Counted from the first letter of the whole stretch, positions 12,129 through 25,396 are shown. The stretch: DNA of 63,974 nt, filler included, from Globobulimina sp. (GCA_003354225.1; 34 parts of 34 records of this genome joined end to end with filler, not necessarily neighbours in it); one strand, 5' to 3'. Numbers and translations are program-made. Notes: a model not told the origin generated them from the sequence alone.

Positions 12129-13102
12129 TTAAAATGTTATAGTAACGGCAGAAGGACTCACAATCTGTATACTTGGATCACACGGAGGCGGTTTCTGTCC
12201 ATTTTGTCCAACCACCCAATTAATAGCAGAATTTTGTCCATTTTTGGTTAAAACCATCTTAGTGAATGGTAATTTTGTGCCTTTCGGAGGATATTCATTA
12301 CAACTACGAACACCATAAACCTCCAAAGTGACATAAATCCACGGCTGAGCTTTTAAAATACTTTTTGTCACAGTAATATGATCATGTTGCTGCGTCGACG
12401 AACTCTTATCCACACAGTCAATATACCACGAATCGCTTCCAGTTTTCGTCATATTTCCATATATGGTATCACCTACAAAGTATAATTACATATACACACA
12501 CATAGAATATATATAATATACCTTGATTAATCTTAAAAGCTCGTCCATGCACCACATCATTAGTAAGCGTAACATACCACGAGGCACACGACCAATAATT
12601 ACCGCCGCCAGCAGCAGATGAACCATATTGCATTACAGGTTGGATGATATCAAAGGGCTCAGAGGGCTGTCTCTCTGGTGGCACCCAATCGATATTCTGT
12701 AGTCCGGTGAACATATAAAGTATAGGGCCGCCTTGACTTGGCGAGGCTTTTGGAACCATCCATTCACCGTCGAAACTGTCCACTGTATTACCTGCATTCA
12801 TCTTGGTATATTGTTGCCAACCGCTACCAGAAAATGCAGCTTCCGGATAATAATCCACTAATTCGGCCATTCTTGCATTAATATAGGTGGCATTATGTTG
12901 ATATTTACAGCGTGGAATTACTCGCCGTAATGCAGTATACTGCATATCTGGCGATTTAACCTGGATTTCATCATCGAAATTGATTATCTCTGAACCACTA
13001 TCAACTCCATGGATACAGGCTGTGTGATAATAACCAAATGGAGTATGCATGAATTGATCTGCTTCATCGAGCTCTGCGATATTGGCAGCAAGAGTTGCGG
13101 TG
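12129..13102 (-). CDS. Secreted beta-sandwich protein resembling glutamic peptidase G1/neprosin-fold enzymes (intron 12473-12521)
   Basis: SGWQQY, FDGEWMVP, MFTGLQN, IIQPVMQYGSSAAGGGNYW, YVTLEVYG (candidate catalytic Q/E). Confidence 0.55.
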
Positions 13103-13487
13103 NNNNNNNNNNNNNNNNNNNNNNNNNNNNNNNNNNNNNNNNNNNNTTAATTAATTAANNNNNNNNNNNNNNNNNNNNNNNNNNNNNNNNNNNNNNNNNN
13201 NNAGGAGATGGAGAGGAAGATACCAATGGGAAATTGGTGTTGCTTCTAGTTTCACTTTCACTCTCTTCATGTACTTCTTGTTGGGATGATCTCGATCTAT
13301 ATGAATTGCCATTATTTTCACTTTTATTAGCAACTCTCCTTCGTTTTTGATTCGGAGCACCATCTACATTCGCAATGTCTTCTTCATTTTCTTGCATTTC
13401 TTTTAATGTTCTTTTATTTTTGTGGTACATTGTTTTCGAAATATATAACTAACTCACTAAAACAGTTTAGCACTAAACATACGAAGA

Positions 13488-14987
13488 ATGGCAACTTCAA
13501 ACGAAAATCTAGTCGAACAATTCAAACGAAAATCACATATACTCGAAGTAGAGCAATCGGCACAGATAACCCCACAAATAACCCCTCAAGTATGTACATG
13601 CAACAAGTACTCAAACATAACTAACTAACATGTACAGCCACAGCCCGAGTTCAAAGTTATGACACAAACATATTCCCACTTATATTATTTATTCACATCA
13701 ACACCAACAATCCACATACACTTAAATACAGAATACCGCAGCAGCTGACTTAACTGACGAAGAAGAAGAAGAAGAAGAAGAAGAAAAAGAATATCACCAA
13801 TTAAGACATGCCTACGTTTCCCAACGCGAATCGCAATATTACTGTATCTGCGGTAAATTATTAAAACGATATCCACCCTCAAAAGAAAGCCACCCCTCAC
13901 AGTCCCATAGCAATATATCAACGCCGCAAGCCCAAACCTTCGGGGCTGCATATCGCGGTTTCAAGAAATTAGTATTCGACAGACATAATTCCATCACACT
14001 CTTTGATGCCGGCGACAACGAAGACGAAGAAGAAGAAGACGAAAATAAAGAGCAAAAACTCGCAGAAAATGCTCCAGAAACACAAAATGAACAACAAACA
14101 GAAACCGCACCAGAACCGCAACCAACAGCAATCAGCAACGATGTAAACGACATTGAAAATGCCATAACAAAACACATTGAGTTGCAGCAGCTACAGACCA
14201 ATACTTCCAAAGCACCGTTACTGGCACCAACCAACGACGATGCATCCGACAAACAGCTACAATTAGACACAGAATGGGATGACTTGAACCTCGCTTCCTT
14301 ACCCACTCAGGACTTCGACCAGGACGACGCTGAAACTTCCTCCGATGGCGAATCTGATCGTAAACACAGTCAAAGTGCCGCCGAGGAACACAGTCAAACC
14401 ATAACTGGAGACGCCGACCAATTGGTAATCAAGAAACGCATCGAAGACCAATGGCAGAAAAATCGCGATGGATTTCTCAACGTATCGTGTCATTCGTGCG
14501 AGTGCAAAATGAACGATCCGGAGTTTGTACGCTATGAATGCGATAATCGCAAATGTTATCGCAAAAAGTATAAAGATTTGCACATTCAATATTGTTCCAA
14601 CTGTTTCAAGCAATTAAGTTCCATTTTGCATCTGAAAAAACACGATGAAGGCGTGATTTTCCACGAGGACGGCTTTGAAGTCAGGAGCTGTTCTGACAGA
14701 TTGGAAGGGGAGCACTCAGTGACTGATACGGACACAATTACGCAAACTCAGCCGTCGCAGTCCAATTTATCAGATTCTGAGGCATCGCCAGGACCCAATG
14801 AGGGGTCCACTGGTTCGGCTGCTGCAAGACGCGATTTTTATAAATTTCAGGTGAAATTGAAAAAAATGGTGATTGACCATTGTGATAAAACGGTGGCAGT
14901 GCGGAAAACTAAAGGTGGTACGGATGGGGGTTCGGGTGGCCGTGAAGAGGAGGAAAAGAAGGAAGATATTGAGGTATTGCAGCCTAT
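13488..14987 (+). CDS. Acidic low-complexity protein with a Cys-rich (Zn-finger-like) module, 3' truncated
   Basis: Open frame about 13741-14987 with upstream small exons; CHSC...C-x4-C...CSNC pattern. Confidence 0.55.
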
Positions 14988-15087
14988 NNNNNNNNNNNNN
15001 NNNNNNNNNNNNNNNNNNNNNNNNNNNNNNNTTAATTAATTAANNNNNNNNNNNNNNNNNNNNNNNNNNNNNNNNNNNNNNNNNNNN

Positions 15088-15468
15088 GTGCAAATTGGTG
15101 TCTGGTTGGTGTATTCGTGTGATGTGCGCGATAGTATTGCGTCAATTGTTGCGTTGATGATGATGTTTGGCAGTATTTTGATATATTATTATTTAGATTT
15201 TTGTTATTTTAAAAAATATTTGATTGATAATTTTGCGACACATATTGTGTTTTGTGTGACTTTTGCTGCTATGGTTTGGAAGCATGTATTTGGAGATTGT
15301 AAAAACAATGGGAAAACACACTCGTTTTCAGTGGTTATACAAATGGTAATATTTGGTATGGTTGTCATTGTTGGAGTGTTTAAAATCATTGTTGCGATTA
15401 CAATTCATAGGAAATATAAAAAGGAGTCAAGCACTGAGAACAATGACCAGTATAAACGTGTCATTTAA
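15088..15468 (+). CDS. C-terminal fragment of a multi-TM membrane protein
   Basis: 3-4 hydrophobic helices. Confidence 0.55.
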   Translation: MQIGVWLVYSCDVRDSIASIVALMMMFGSILIYYYLDFCYFKKYLIDNFATHIVFCVTFAAMVWKHVFGDCKNNGKTHSFSVVIQMVIFGMVVIVGVFKIIVAITIHRKYKKESSTENNDQYKRVI

Positions 15469-15745
15469 ATGTATGCGTACATTGTACAATTAGTGATATT
15501 CTGATATTGATAGTGTATTTTATATGTGAAATGTTTTTAATATTGCAATTTGTTTTTGTTTTTAATATTTTTTGTTAAATGACTTTTTGCAATGAACCTT
15601 TATCAATGTTCAAAATATTGTAGAATTAATTAGGTTGAATTAATAGATACAAATCAGTTTATTATTTGCAGAAAAAAAAACACACCATTTCACAAATAGT
15701 AATAGTGCAATTAAAAAATGGATTTTAAACTGCATATGAACATAA

Positions 15746-16872
15746 TTAATGATTGGTAGATCCTTCATTATTGAAAGAAATATCATTTGTTTCCATATAT
15801 TGTAGTATATTGTGTTTAAGAATATTATTTGGAAATACAATGATATAATCTGCCTTAGCTTCTGTAATTGGTGATTTATTATTGACTTTTAGATAATGTA
15901 CAATTGCATTTCTATCATAACTGTGTCCATCAAATGCTATTACTGGATCTTTCATAATTTGTTTTGTTATTGGACATAAATATTGTTTTGGAATTTCTTT
16001 ATTTTCATCACCTTTAACACTTGTAATCGTATGCTGGTTCACCAATATTTCAATTGAAGAAACTAAATGATTAACAACTTCAAAATCATGTATTCCAAGA
16101 ATTTCAAATGTCAAATCATTAAATTGTTGTAAAGATTTACCACTAATATTTCTACATTTCAATTGCTTGTCTGTCTGTTCCCAGCATATTTTATCTGTAT
16201 CCATTGTGATTGTTTTATATTTAAACCAAACGATTATATCTGATACACACCATTTCATCCACTTTGACTCAAATTCCTTCCATATTTTAGGGAAAATTGT
16301 ATTTATTTTATCAATATATTCATTATAATTATTTTCCATAAATTCATTATATAATTTTATAACTGAAACACATGATTTTGATGATACAGTTAATTTTTCA
16401 ATCTCTGCATTAATTTTATTCGTATTATAATTCATTTCTTGTAATTGTTTAAATAAATTGTTTTCATTTTCGATCATTTCATTACACTCTTTAACCTCTG
16501 CTTTGATTTTATTTTGTAACTCAATACGTTTTTGTTTCAATGTTTCATATTCTTGGCTGTTATGATCGCATTGTTTTCTTTCTGATAACAATTTTGTTTC
16601 ATTTTCTTCCAATGATTGCTGTAATCATATAATCATATTTTATAAAAAAGGGTGCGTAGATATATCAAATTTAACTTAACCGATAGTAATTTTTGATGGT
16701 TTATCAATTCCAATAAATAATCTTTTGTTGTAACTAGATTCAATCGCTGTGTTTGTTGATTGATAATTGAAAAAGATTCTGAATATTCGTCAAATAATTT
16801 GATACCATACATATCTTCTTCATTCTCTTTTTTTTCATCATCATCAACAAATAATTTATCATTTAATTGCGT
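15746..16872 (-). CDS. Coiled-coil + SAM-like + U-box E3 ligase (5' truncated)
   Basis: IPKQYLCPITKQIMKDPVIAFDGHSYDRNAI...KSPIT...PNNILK. Confidence 0.9.
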
Positions 16873-16972
16873 NNNNNNNNNNNNNNNNNNNNNNNNNNNN
16901 NNNNNNNNNNNNNNNNTTAATTAATTAANNNNNNNNNNNNNNNNNNNNNNNNNNNNNNNNNNNNNNNNNNNN

Positions 16973-17774
16973 CTTTATAAATATTGCAAATATTATTGTC
17001 CAAATTGTAAATAATGTGCCATATAATACGGGCCACACTGCAGATTTATAATACATTCTCTCTGCAGATATTAAAAAATCAATCCACAATACAATAACTA
17101 AAGCAATATGCAATTGAAATGATGATATCATTATTATCATTTTAGCTTTGTTATAATAATTATCATCATACAAAAAAACCCAAAACATAATTGCAACCAC
17201 ATTGATTGCCGGCATTGTAACTTGTAATGCGATTTTATGCCATTTATACAATATCCATAAATAACTGTCAATGTCAATATCATCCACAGTATAAAATTGT
17301 GTTTTGTTATTCCTATAAACTGTTAATGAGGATACAAATCTGTATTCATATTAATATTAATTACAATTATTGCAGAAAATAAATAAAACATTCATGGTTT
17401 AAATACCTTAATACATTCAATATTACAGCACAAATTGCAGTCCATTCACTGTAATAAAAAAAGAAATAAATTGCATTGCTGTCATGTATGTAACAATAAA
17501 AATCGAATACCGCGATATAAATCACATAAATCATTGTGATAAATCTGAAAATTACATAGTATTTATTTATTGGAGCGGATGGAGTTAAACATGTTCCTGC
17601 AATTTCAATATATGGTGTTATATTTAATAACGCAGAGTTCTCTGACTCATGGCAGCATAAACAACAGTCAATCATTGCTAGACTGGGTGTGTTTATATAC
17701 TTACATGGACATAGTACCATATATAAGCGTTCAGTTGATGTCGGTTTGCGTGGAATGTTTGTAGGAAAAGCCAT
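16973..17774 (-). CDS. FAR-17a/AIG1-like (rolling stone-like) membrane protein, one intron, 3' truncated
   Basis: YFFFYYSEWT, VVAIMFWVFLY, FQLHIA, PVLYGTLFTIWT. Confidence 0.6.
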
Positions 17775-17861
17775 TCTTTCATGCTCAAGTCACTACTAAA
17801 TATTCTCTCTTAGGATGCTATTAATAAGGATTTTTTTTTAAGTCTATATCACATCATCATA

Positions 17862-18584
17862 ATGTCAAACGAGAAAGACTCATTTGATGACGATGAATTA
17901 ACATCAATGGCGGCTGATATCATGCAAGATTTTGCGACAAAGGCAAATGATGATCCAACTGTTTCCAATCCCTATCTATATTTATTCTCAGATGATGAAA
18001 TTGGTTCAGTCGACAAACTGCCATCGATATCGATGTCATTTTCCTCCGACGGACATACCATACATAAGAGCCGCCCAGTCATGTCACCACGGATTAGAAT
18101 CATATCTGATTCTAAACTGTTACCAAATGACAGTTTCAACCATTCGTTGCCGCCCATTCCTTCTAATTCAGAACATAGTTTCAACCGTAACATAAATACA
18201 AATACTTTGCCATATATTCGACCGCCGAGTATATTCATTCAGCAATCGTCCTCCTATGATTGTAATGATTGTAATGATTGTAATGATATATCCCGTTGTA
18301 TATCGCCTCGATATCATACAAAAAAAGCTACAGAATGCCATGCACAAATACCAGATTTCGGTGACGAGAATGAAATTAATATCGACATTTGCAACAAATA
18401 CAAATCTAGAAATCACAAGAAACAGAAATACAAAAATAAAAATAAAAGCAGACCTAAAAAAAAAATCAAAAATAAAACCCGCAGTGATGACTATTTATTA
18501 AAACGTGTGGCATCTCCAATACATATCGACTTTGATCGAAATGTGCAGAAATGGAATCAATTCAAAATTAGGCAAATTTGGTAA
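17862..18584 (+). CDS. Ser/Lys-rich protein of unknown function
   Basis: 240-aa ORF; the end may be a splice donor or a chimeric junction. Confidence 0.55.
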   Translation: MSNEKDSFDDDELTSMAADIMQDFATKANDDPTVSNPYLYLFSDDEIGSVDKLPSISMSFSSDGHTIHKSRPVMSPRIRIISDSKLLPNDSFNHSLPPIPSNSEHSFNRNINTNTLPYIRPPSIFIQQSSSYDCNDCNDCNDISRCISPRYHTKKATECHAQIPDFGDENEINIDICNKYKSRNHKKQKYKNKNKSRPKKKIKNKTRSDDYLLKRVASPIHIDFDRNVQKWNQFKIRQIW

Positions 18585-18857
18585 ATAATTTGTTTTGAAA
18601 AAGGGCTGCGTTACAAAGCGGTGCTGATCGACCGCCAGATGCCCTTTACTTGTGAGTCCGACGATCGCCAATAAGATACCCTGCTAGAACGAGAGCTGGT
18701 TCCAGTGAAGTAAGGAGGATCTGGCTAAATATTTGCGGCACGGTTTGCATATTGCCANNNNNNNNNNNNNNNNNNNNNNNNNNNNNNNNNNNNNNNNNNN
18801 NTTAATTAATTAANNNNNNNNNNNNNNNNNNNNNNNNNNNNNNNNNNNNNNNNNNNN

Positions 18858-20268
18858 ATGAACTACAAGAAATTGGTATAATATTTGACACAATTTTTAT
18901 TTTGATGGCTGTCATCAAAGTCAAAGTTTGGATATGAATAATATTAATATAAAACATTTAATAAAACATTTAAACAAATTAACGATTAAATGTAAGATTA
19001 ATTTTTTTGCAAATTCAGATATTATTTGGAACATAGATAGTAATTTATTACAACAATTAAAAACTGCTAATTTTCAACAAAGATTTATGAGTCCATATTT
19101 TATGTCATATGATCAGATTTGGTATTTAACACTGTATCCAAATGGTGACAAACAACACAAACAAGGCGTTGTTTATTTACATCGTGTTATGGGACCACAA
19201 ACAGTGAAAATACAAAATGTTTGGTATCACGTTTTGTGCAATCAACTAAATTATCAATGTGCAGTATATTGTGATGATGTTCATTATGAAGATATGTTAA
19301 TTCCAAAAACATTTAAAAAAGAAAAATTGAACAATTTAAATACTAACCGCATTACAATAAAATGTAATATTTATCCTTTATATTTTTCAAGATGTTGGTC
19401 AATTACAAAAACTGAATTAAATTCAAAACATTTTAATACCACATTTTCATCATTTGGTATAACATGGAAAATTGTATGTAATGGACAACAAATTCGAATA
19501 CAATTAACAGACTTTCCATCAGCAATGACACACTACGTTTTCATCAATTTATGAAAACAACAATAAATATAAAGAAGAATTAAGCCCTATGAAACATGGT
19601 AAATATCAATTTATATATAATCATTCATACCAAAATATAGTTTCATATGTTAAAAATGGTCAGGTTAAAGATGATATAATGCAGTTAAATTTAGATAAAT
19701 TAAGCATTGTCAATGATGAGGGACGTATTGGGTTTCGGTGTGAACTGTATCCAATGACCATAATGCCATTAGATACTGATCATAAACAACAAACATATGA
19801 ACAAAAAAATGATAACAATGAAAATATCATAAAACCATTATATAATAATAATGAACAAATAATGCAAATTAATGAATTAAAAAAAGAAAATGTCGAATTA
19901 AAACAATTAAATAATAATATTATGGATGAACATAAAGAATTGATTTATAAATATAATCAATTACAAAATAAATATAATAAAGAGTTTGAAAAACAAAAAT
20001 TAGGCTATAAGTCATGGACATTGTTAATTGGATAATTAATATTAATAAATTAAGATTCAATAAATATTCTAAACAATTATTAAAAAACATGATTAATGAA
20101 GGTATTGATGGACGTTGTTTAAAAGATTTAGATAAAAACGATTTGCATCGTTTAGGAATAACGTTATTCATAGACAAAAGAGATATATTTAATGCTATTC
20201 AACAATTAATGAAGAAGAAAAATAATCAAAATGAGCAAGAAGGATTGAATTCAACTGTATATATATGA
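18858..20268 (+). pseudogene. MATH-like + coiled-coil + SAM-like gene with frameshifts
   Basis: WYLTLYPNG (MATH) and GIDGRCLKDLDKNDLHRLGI (SAM); frame changes near 19540 and 20015 without GT-AG introns. Confidence 0.6.
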
Positions 20269-20364
20269 AAACTTAATTGCTTTTAAAACCAGACTTTACT
20301 AGTTTTTTTTCTCAAAACCGATTACTGGATCACTCAAAAACATCCAAATCACATTCACCGCACA

Positions 20365-20521
20365 ATGGCAACTCAAAATGATGAATCTGATGAAGATTAT
20401 GAAGAATGTGGTAACATTGTTATCGATAATGGTTCTTTTTCAATTAAATTTGGTTTCGCTGGCGACGACTGTCCCAAATCACAGATTTTAACAAAAGTTG
20501 GCAGGCCAAAAGATAAAAATG
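20365..20521 (+). pseudogene. Divergent actin/actin-related gene 5' end, interrupted
   Basis: MATQNDESDEDYEECGNIVIDNGSFSIKFGFAGDDCPKSQILTKVGRPK, then abrupt non-coding repeat sequence. Confidence 0.8.
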
Positions 20522-20642
20522 CAGAGCCTACACAAGTTAAATAGTCGCCTAAATAGTTGCCTAGGTTTCCTAAATAGTTGCCTAAATAGTTACCATTTTC
20601 CGTTTTTGTATTGAAATAGTTACTAAATAGTTGCTCATTTTC
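20522..20642 (+). mobile_element. End of a putative non-autonomous DNA transposon with AAATAGTTGCCT subterminal repeats
   Basis: Begins CAGAGCC (hAT-like terminus) and carries about 6 degenerate AAATAGTT(G/A)C copies. Confidence 0.5.
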
Positions 20643-20742
20643 NNNNNNNNNNNNNNNNNNNNNNNNNNNNNNNNNNNNNNNNNNNNTTAATTAATTAANN
20701 NNNNNNNNNNNNNNNNNNNNNNNNNNNNNNNNNNNNNNNNNN

Positions 20743-22527
20743 TTTGTATATCATCATTATTAGTAACTGTAGCCATTATTTGTTTGAATGATGAGAGCGA
20801 TGACATATTCTCATATTTTTTTAATTGAAACACTGGAAATAAACAAAAATTAGCAGTCAATGCATCATTGTTTAACATTTCTTGCTCATCATCGCTAAAA
20901 ATCTTCCATTTTATCCGCAGACACAAAACAAACAGATTTAACATTTCTAATAATTGTGTTTTTGATAACTGTTCCATATCAATGTCAGCAAAATTAATCT
21001 GTTTATACACATCCATATCATTACAAATATATTTATTCCAGATTTCTTTGATTATTTCAACTCCTTTAACATGATTATGATTATTATTACATGCATTCAA
21101 TAAAATGCAATATGTCCTCTCATTCGCTGTTAAGTTTGTTTCTGTATTCATTGCATCAAAGACTTTTATTAATTCATTAATTCTGCCATTGCGCGCATAC
21201 ACATTCATCATAGCATTCCATAATTTTATTTCATTCAAATATTTGTCTTTTATTTGCTCAAATATTTGCTGACACAATTTCAGTTTATTAGCTTTTCCAT
21301 AAAGAGTAATTAAATTAACTTTGACATCTAAATGCATTAAACTTTCATACTCTCCATTATCTTTAAAATATTCATAAACGTATTGTCCAAAATGAAATGC
21401 TGTTTCGTGAATTGCTGCTTTTAATACTGTTGATATGGAGATGTAATTATGTTTCATATCAATTACAGATTTAAACAAATCCATACATTCTATATTCATA
21501 CCATTATCGCAATAAGCATTCATCATTACAGTGATACAATAAATATTCCTTTTTCTCGACGGAATATTGTTAAAAATATTTATAGCACTTTGGATTTCGC
21601 CTAGTTTACCATAAAAATCAATGACTGTGTTCAATAACATATAAAATTCATCGCACTCTCGGCCTTTCCAGTTATTAATATTATTAATGTTAAGAGCATC
21701 TATAATGGCTTCACCAGACTTAAAATCATGTAAATTTATACAAGCTTTCAAAGCGGACATATGTGTGGTATTATTTTGTATTTTTTTATATTGTTTATAG
21801 AGAGACAGTGCCTTATCATTCAAACCGTGCTTAATATACAAATTTATCATTGCTCCAACACATGACACTGTTTTGTCACAAATATGAATACAATCAAACA
21901 CATTCTGTGCACTCACAATATCATCAAATTTACCATAAAAGCATATTATTGTGGTTAGCAATTCAAGTGAATGCTTTTTGTTATTAACACCGTTATAATC
22001 AATGTGCGAGGCAATAATATGTTGACCAAACGAATAATGGTTGGTATGAATGCATGCTTTGAGGGCTAGTAAGTTGGTGACATCATTGCATGCTACGTAG
22101 ACATTACTATTTTTGTATAATAATAGAGCTTTATCATACTGTTTGTTGTTGATGTGTGCTGTCATAAAGGTACCAATGAGGTTTGTATTTATTTTATGTT
22201 TGGGTATGGAATAAAATATGTTTGATGCATTATTTATATCGAGACATAAACCAAATGCATGAATTAATAAACAATAAGCATTTATATCATCTTCCAACGT
22301 GTTATTGGCTAAGATATGTTGTATTATTTGGATACATTTTTGAATGTCATTGTTGGATAAATTATGTTTCGATGCATTGGAACAGGTTTTTAAAACCAAT
22401 CCTTGTGATACATTTTGAATATTATTTGCATTGATAATGTCGCGCCAAATACGGAATATTTTATGTGGTTTTGTTCTGTTGGAGGAACTGCATATTTTCA
22501 GTAATTTGTTGATTGAATAATGGTTTC
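20743..22527 (-). CDS. Pentatricopeptide-repeat (PPR) protein, partial
   Basis: Repeated motifs: LLNTVIDFYGKLGEIQSAINIF, ITVMMNAYCDNG, LWNAMMNVYARNG, TYCILLNAC. Confidence 0.9.
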
Positions 22528-22627
22528 NNNNNNNNNNNNNNNNNNNNNNNNNNNNNNNNNNNNNNNNNNNNTTAATTAATTAANNNNNNNNNNNNNNNNN
22601 NNNNNNNNNNNNNNNNNNNNNNNNNNN

Positions 22628-23519
22628 CGCCATCTCCAATGGCCAGAACATCCCGTGCCTTGAGCTTCATGTCGGTGCGAAGCTGTATAAGGCGGCTCAG
22701 TTTAGCGCTGGAATCCAGAATTGGTTCCATAATATCTGCAAAATAACGAAAGAATACATGGACATCGTCCATACTCACTACCTTTTGCATCAATTCTTTG
22801 ACTGATTCGGGTGTGCCGTATTTGCGTGAACAAGAATACATAAATATTCCTTTTATCATATCCAACATATTTCTTTGCCTTCCATATTTTCTGCGCAATT
22901 TTTGATACAATCTTGGAATTAATTTTGGTTTCAATTGTTTTAGGCATTTTTTATATAATTCTTGCCCATATTTCTCTTGTTTAACTTTCTTTTTTTCCTT
23001 TCGAGTTAGCTTTAATTTGAATGCTTTTTTCATTTTTGTAACAATAATACTTTCGATGTTTCTTCGTCTTTTTTTATCTGTCATTGTTATCCATTCAACA
23101 AAGCCATCATCCAATATTTTCTCCGCATTTGTTGCTTGGCATAAAATATAAATGCTTGATTGGACAGCTTTATATAGGTTCTTTTCAATTGCTTGGTCAT
23201 TTTTTAATTTTAATTCTAATTTGTTTGCAATGATTGGCATTATTCCCTGTATTTGGTCCGTTAAATCAAACAAATCAAACACACAATCCATTGCCTCATC
23301 AAATAAATATTCATTTTCGGGATATGTATCTTTATTAAATGCGATAGCATCTGGATGCACAAATTTTATCTCAGTTTCAATGACTGAGAATGCATCAGCA
23401 ACATTTACTAACCTGCCAATTTGGGCAATATTATCGATAATTGGCGACGGTTGTTCTGATGAGATGGTTGATTCAAAGAGCCAAACATAAGCAAAAAACA
23501 GTGTTGCAAAGACTGCCAT
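22628..23519 (-). CDS. Secreted protein of unknown function, 3' truncated
   Basis: Signal peptide MAVFATLFFAYVWLFESTIS and a long ORF. Confidence 0.6.
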
Positions 23520-23533
23520 TATTTAGCATTTAA

Positions 23534-24412
23534 ATGATGTACTTGGAAAAAATCATGCTGGTTTTAGTAGTTACTGTAATGATGGCAGTTGCAATAAACA
23601 ATGATGATATTCATGACAATTGCCTAGATTTATTGGTCGAAGATATTTTACCGACAAATGATAATTCTGTTTATGCGATTCAATTATCAACATCTACTAT
23701 TATAAAATGGACAAAATATTTGAATATCGATGATAACACAATATCTGATTATGATGGAAATAAAAGTAATTTATTATCGTTTAAGGTGAAGCCATATTCA
23801 TTTATTGGAGCAATGATACGCATTCAAGAAGACAGTAATAATGGTTATCTAATACGGATTGGATTGAATTCATTTAAAATCGATGAAACAGTAAAAATAA
23901 ATTATTGGAGTGCCTTCCAAATAAAAGATATTGAGAGATCTTATGCATTTATTAAAAGTTTGGATAAATATTATTTATATATTTGGAATTCAAAAACAGG
24001 GGAACTGCTGAAAAAAATTGATTTATATAACGAGCAGGATACAAATGAAAATAACCCGTTTCTGGCAATTAAACTAAGAAATATTATTGGAATGACTCAG
24101 TATGACTCAATTGATACAGATGATGTATTGATTTATGATTCGAATATTATTTCATTTAATACTTTGAATATTTATGGTTTTTTAAATATTTATAACGAAT
24201 TTTTCGGAAATAAAATATTTTTCTTATTAAATAGTGATACAATGACATTTATCGGCTTTGATTGTTATATCCATGAATTAGCACTAAATAATGATTTAAA
24301 AATATATCGATGGATAAATATTAATGATTATAACACCATCAATCAACAAAATATTAAATTGATGATTGGTGGATACCGTCAATCCACAAAAGGATTCATC
24401 AATGAAAAGATT
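23534..24412 (+). CDS. Secreted beta-rich protein of unknown function, 3' truncated
   Basis: Signal peptide MLVLVVTVMMAVA and a long ORF. Confidence 0.6.
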
Positions 24413-24512
24413 NNNNNNNNNNNNNNNNNNNNNNNNNNNNNNNNNNNNNNNNNNNNTTAATTAATTAANNNNNNNNNNNNNNNNNNNNNNNNNNNNNNNN
24501 NNNNNNNNNNNN

Positions 24513-25344
24513 AATATAAATATACTTGACCAAAATTGTATGCTTTATGGCCAAAATGTATTTCTTCATTCATTTTATTCTCGATATCGTCGTTTGGTGC
24601 TTGTAATTGATTGAATTTATTAATATTTGTCTGTTTGTAAACCATTTGTTTCTGTTCTGCATTAATATTATTTTCATCCGCTTGTTTGACATCATCATAC
24701 GACTGCGATTTAAGCCGATATCCGGAGTCATAACTATGATGATAAAAACAATGTATTTTATCAACAATTTGATAAATTGGTACTTCAGCTTCGTTTAATG
24801 AGTTATATACATTATAATTACTCTTTTCATCATCATTTCTGTTTCTATAATGTCTATTTATTGCACAGCATTGTGAAATGTTACATTTATTCAATTGATT
24901 GTAAATATGTTGGAAATCATCATCTGAATCATGATGGAATAGTAAATGATTAAAACTATCCATTAATGTCAATACATTTCCAGTATAAACAGGTTGTAAT
25001 GTTGTTGCATTATATGTTTTTAAGTCATCTATTAATTTTTTAACGAGCACACAAGTACAAATATCATTGCATTCAGAACTGTTTGATTGCTACGTATATT
25101 TATTATAAATGGATGTGATAACATATATATTGCACAATTAATATAACTAAACTTTAAGCAAATAATCTATTGCCACAGCAACCTTTCCTCTGCATGCTTG
25201 CAACGCCGTGGTCGCTTGTTTTGTGGTAAAACCCATATCAACCAATTTCTGAATGGATGTTGAATTTGGAAGTATTGTTTGTTTCTCTTTTGATGATTGT
25301 ATTTTTGGTTTTTCTTTTGATGATTTAATTCGATGATGCTCCAT
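24513..25344 (-). CDS. UBA-domain protein with an uncharacterised His/Cys-rich domain
   Basis: IQKLVDMGFTTKQATTALQACRGKVAVAIDYLL (UBA); downstream exon LMDSFNHLLFHH...DKIHCFYHHSYD. Confidence 0.7.
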
Positions 25345-25396
25345 CGCAGTAACACTTGTCTAATTTATTGGTGATCGATGGAAAAAGCTTAAAAGT

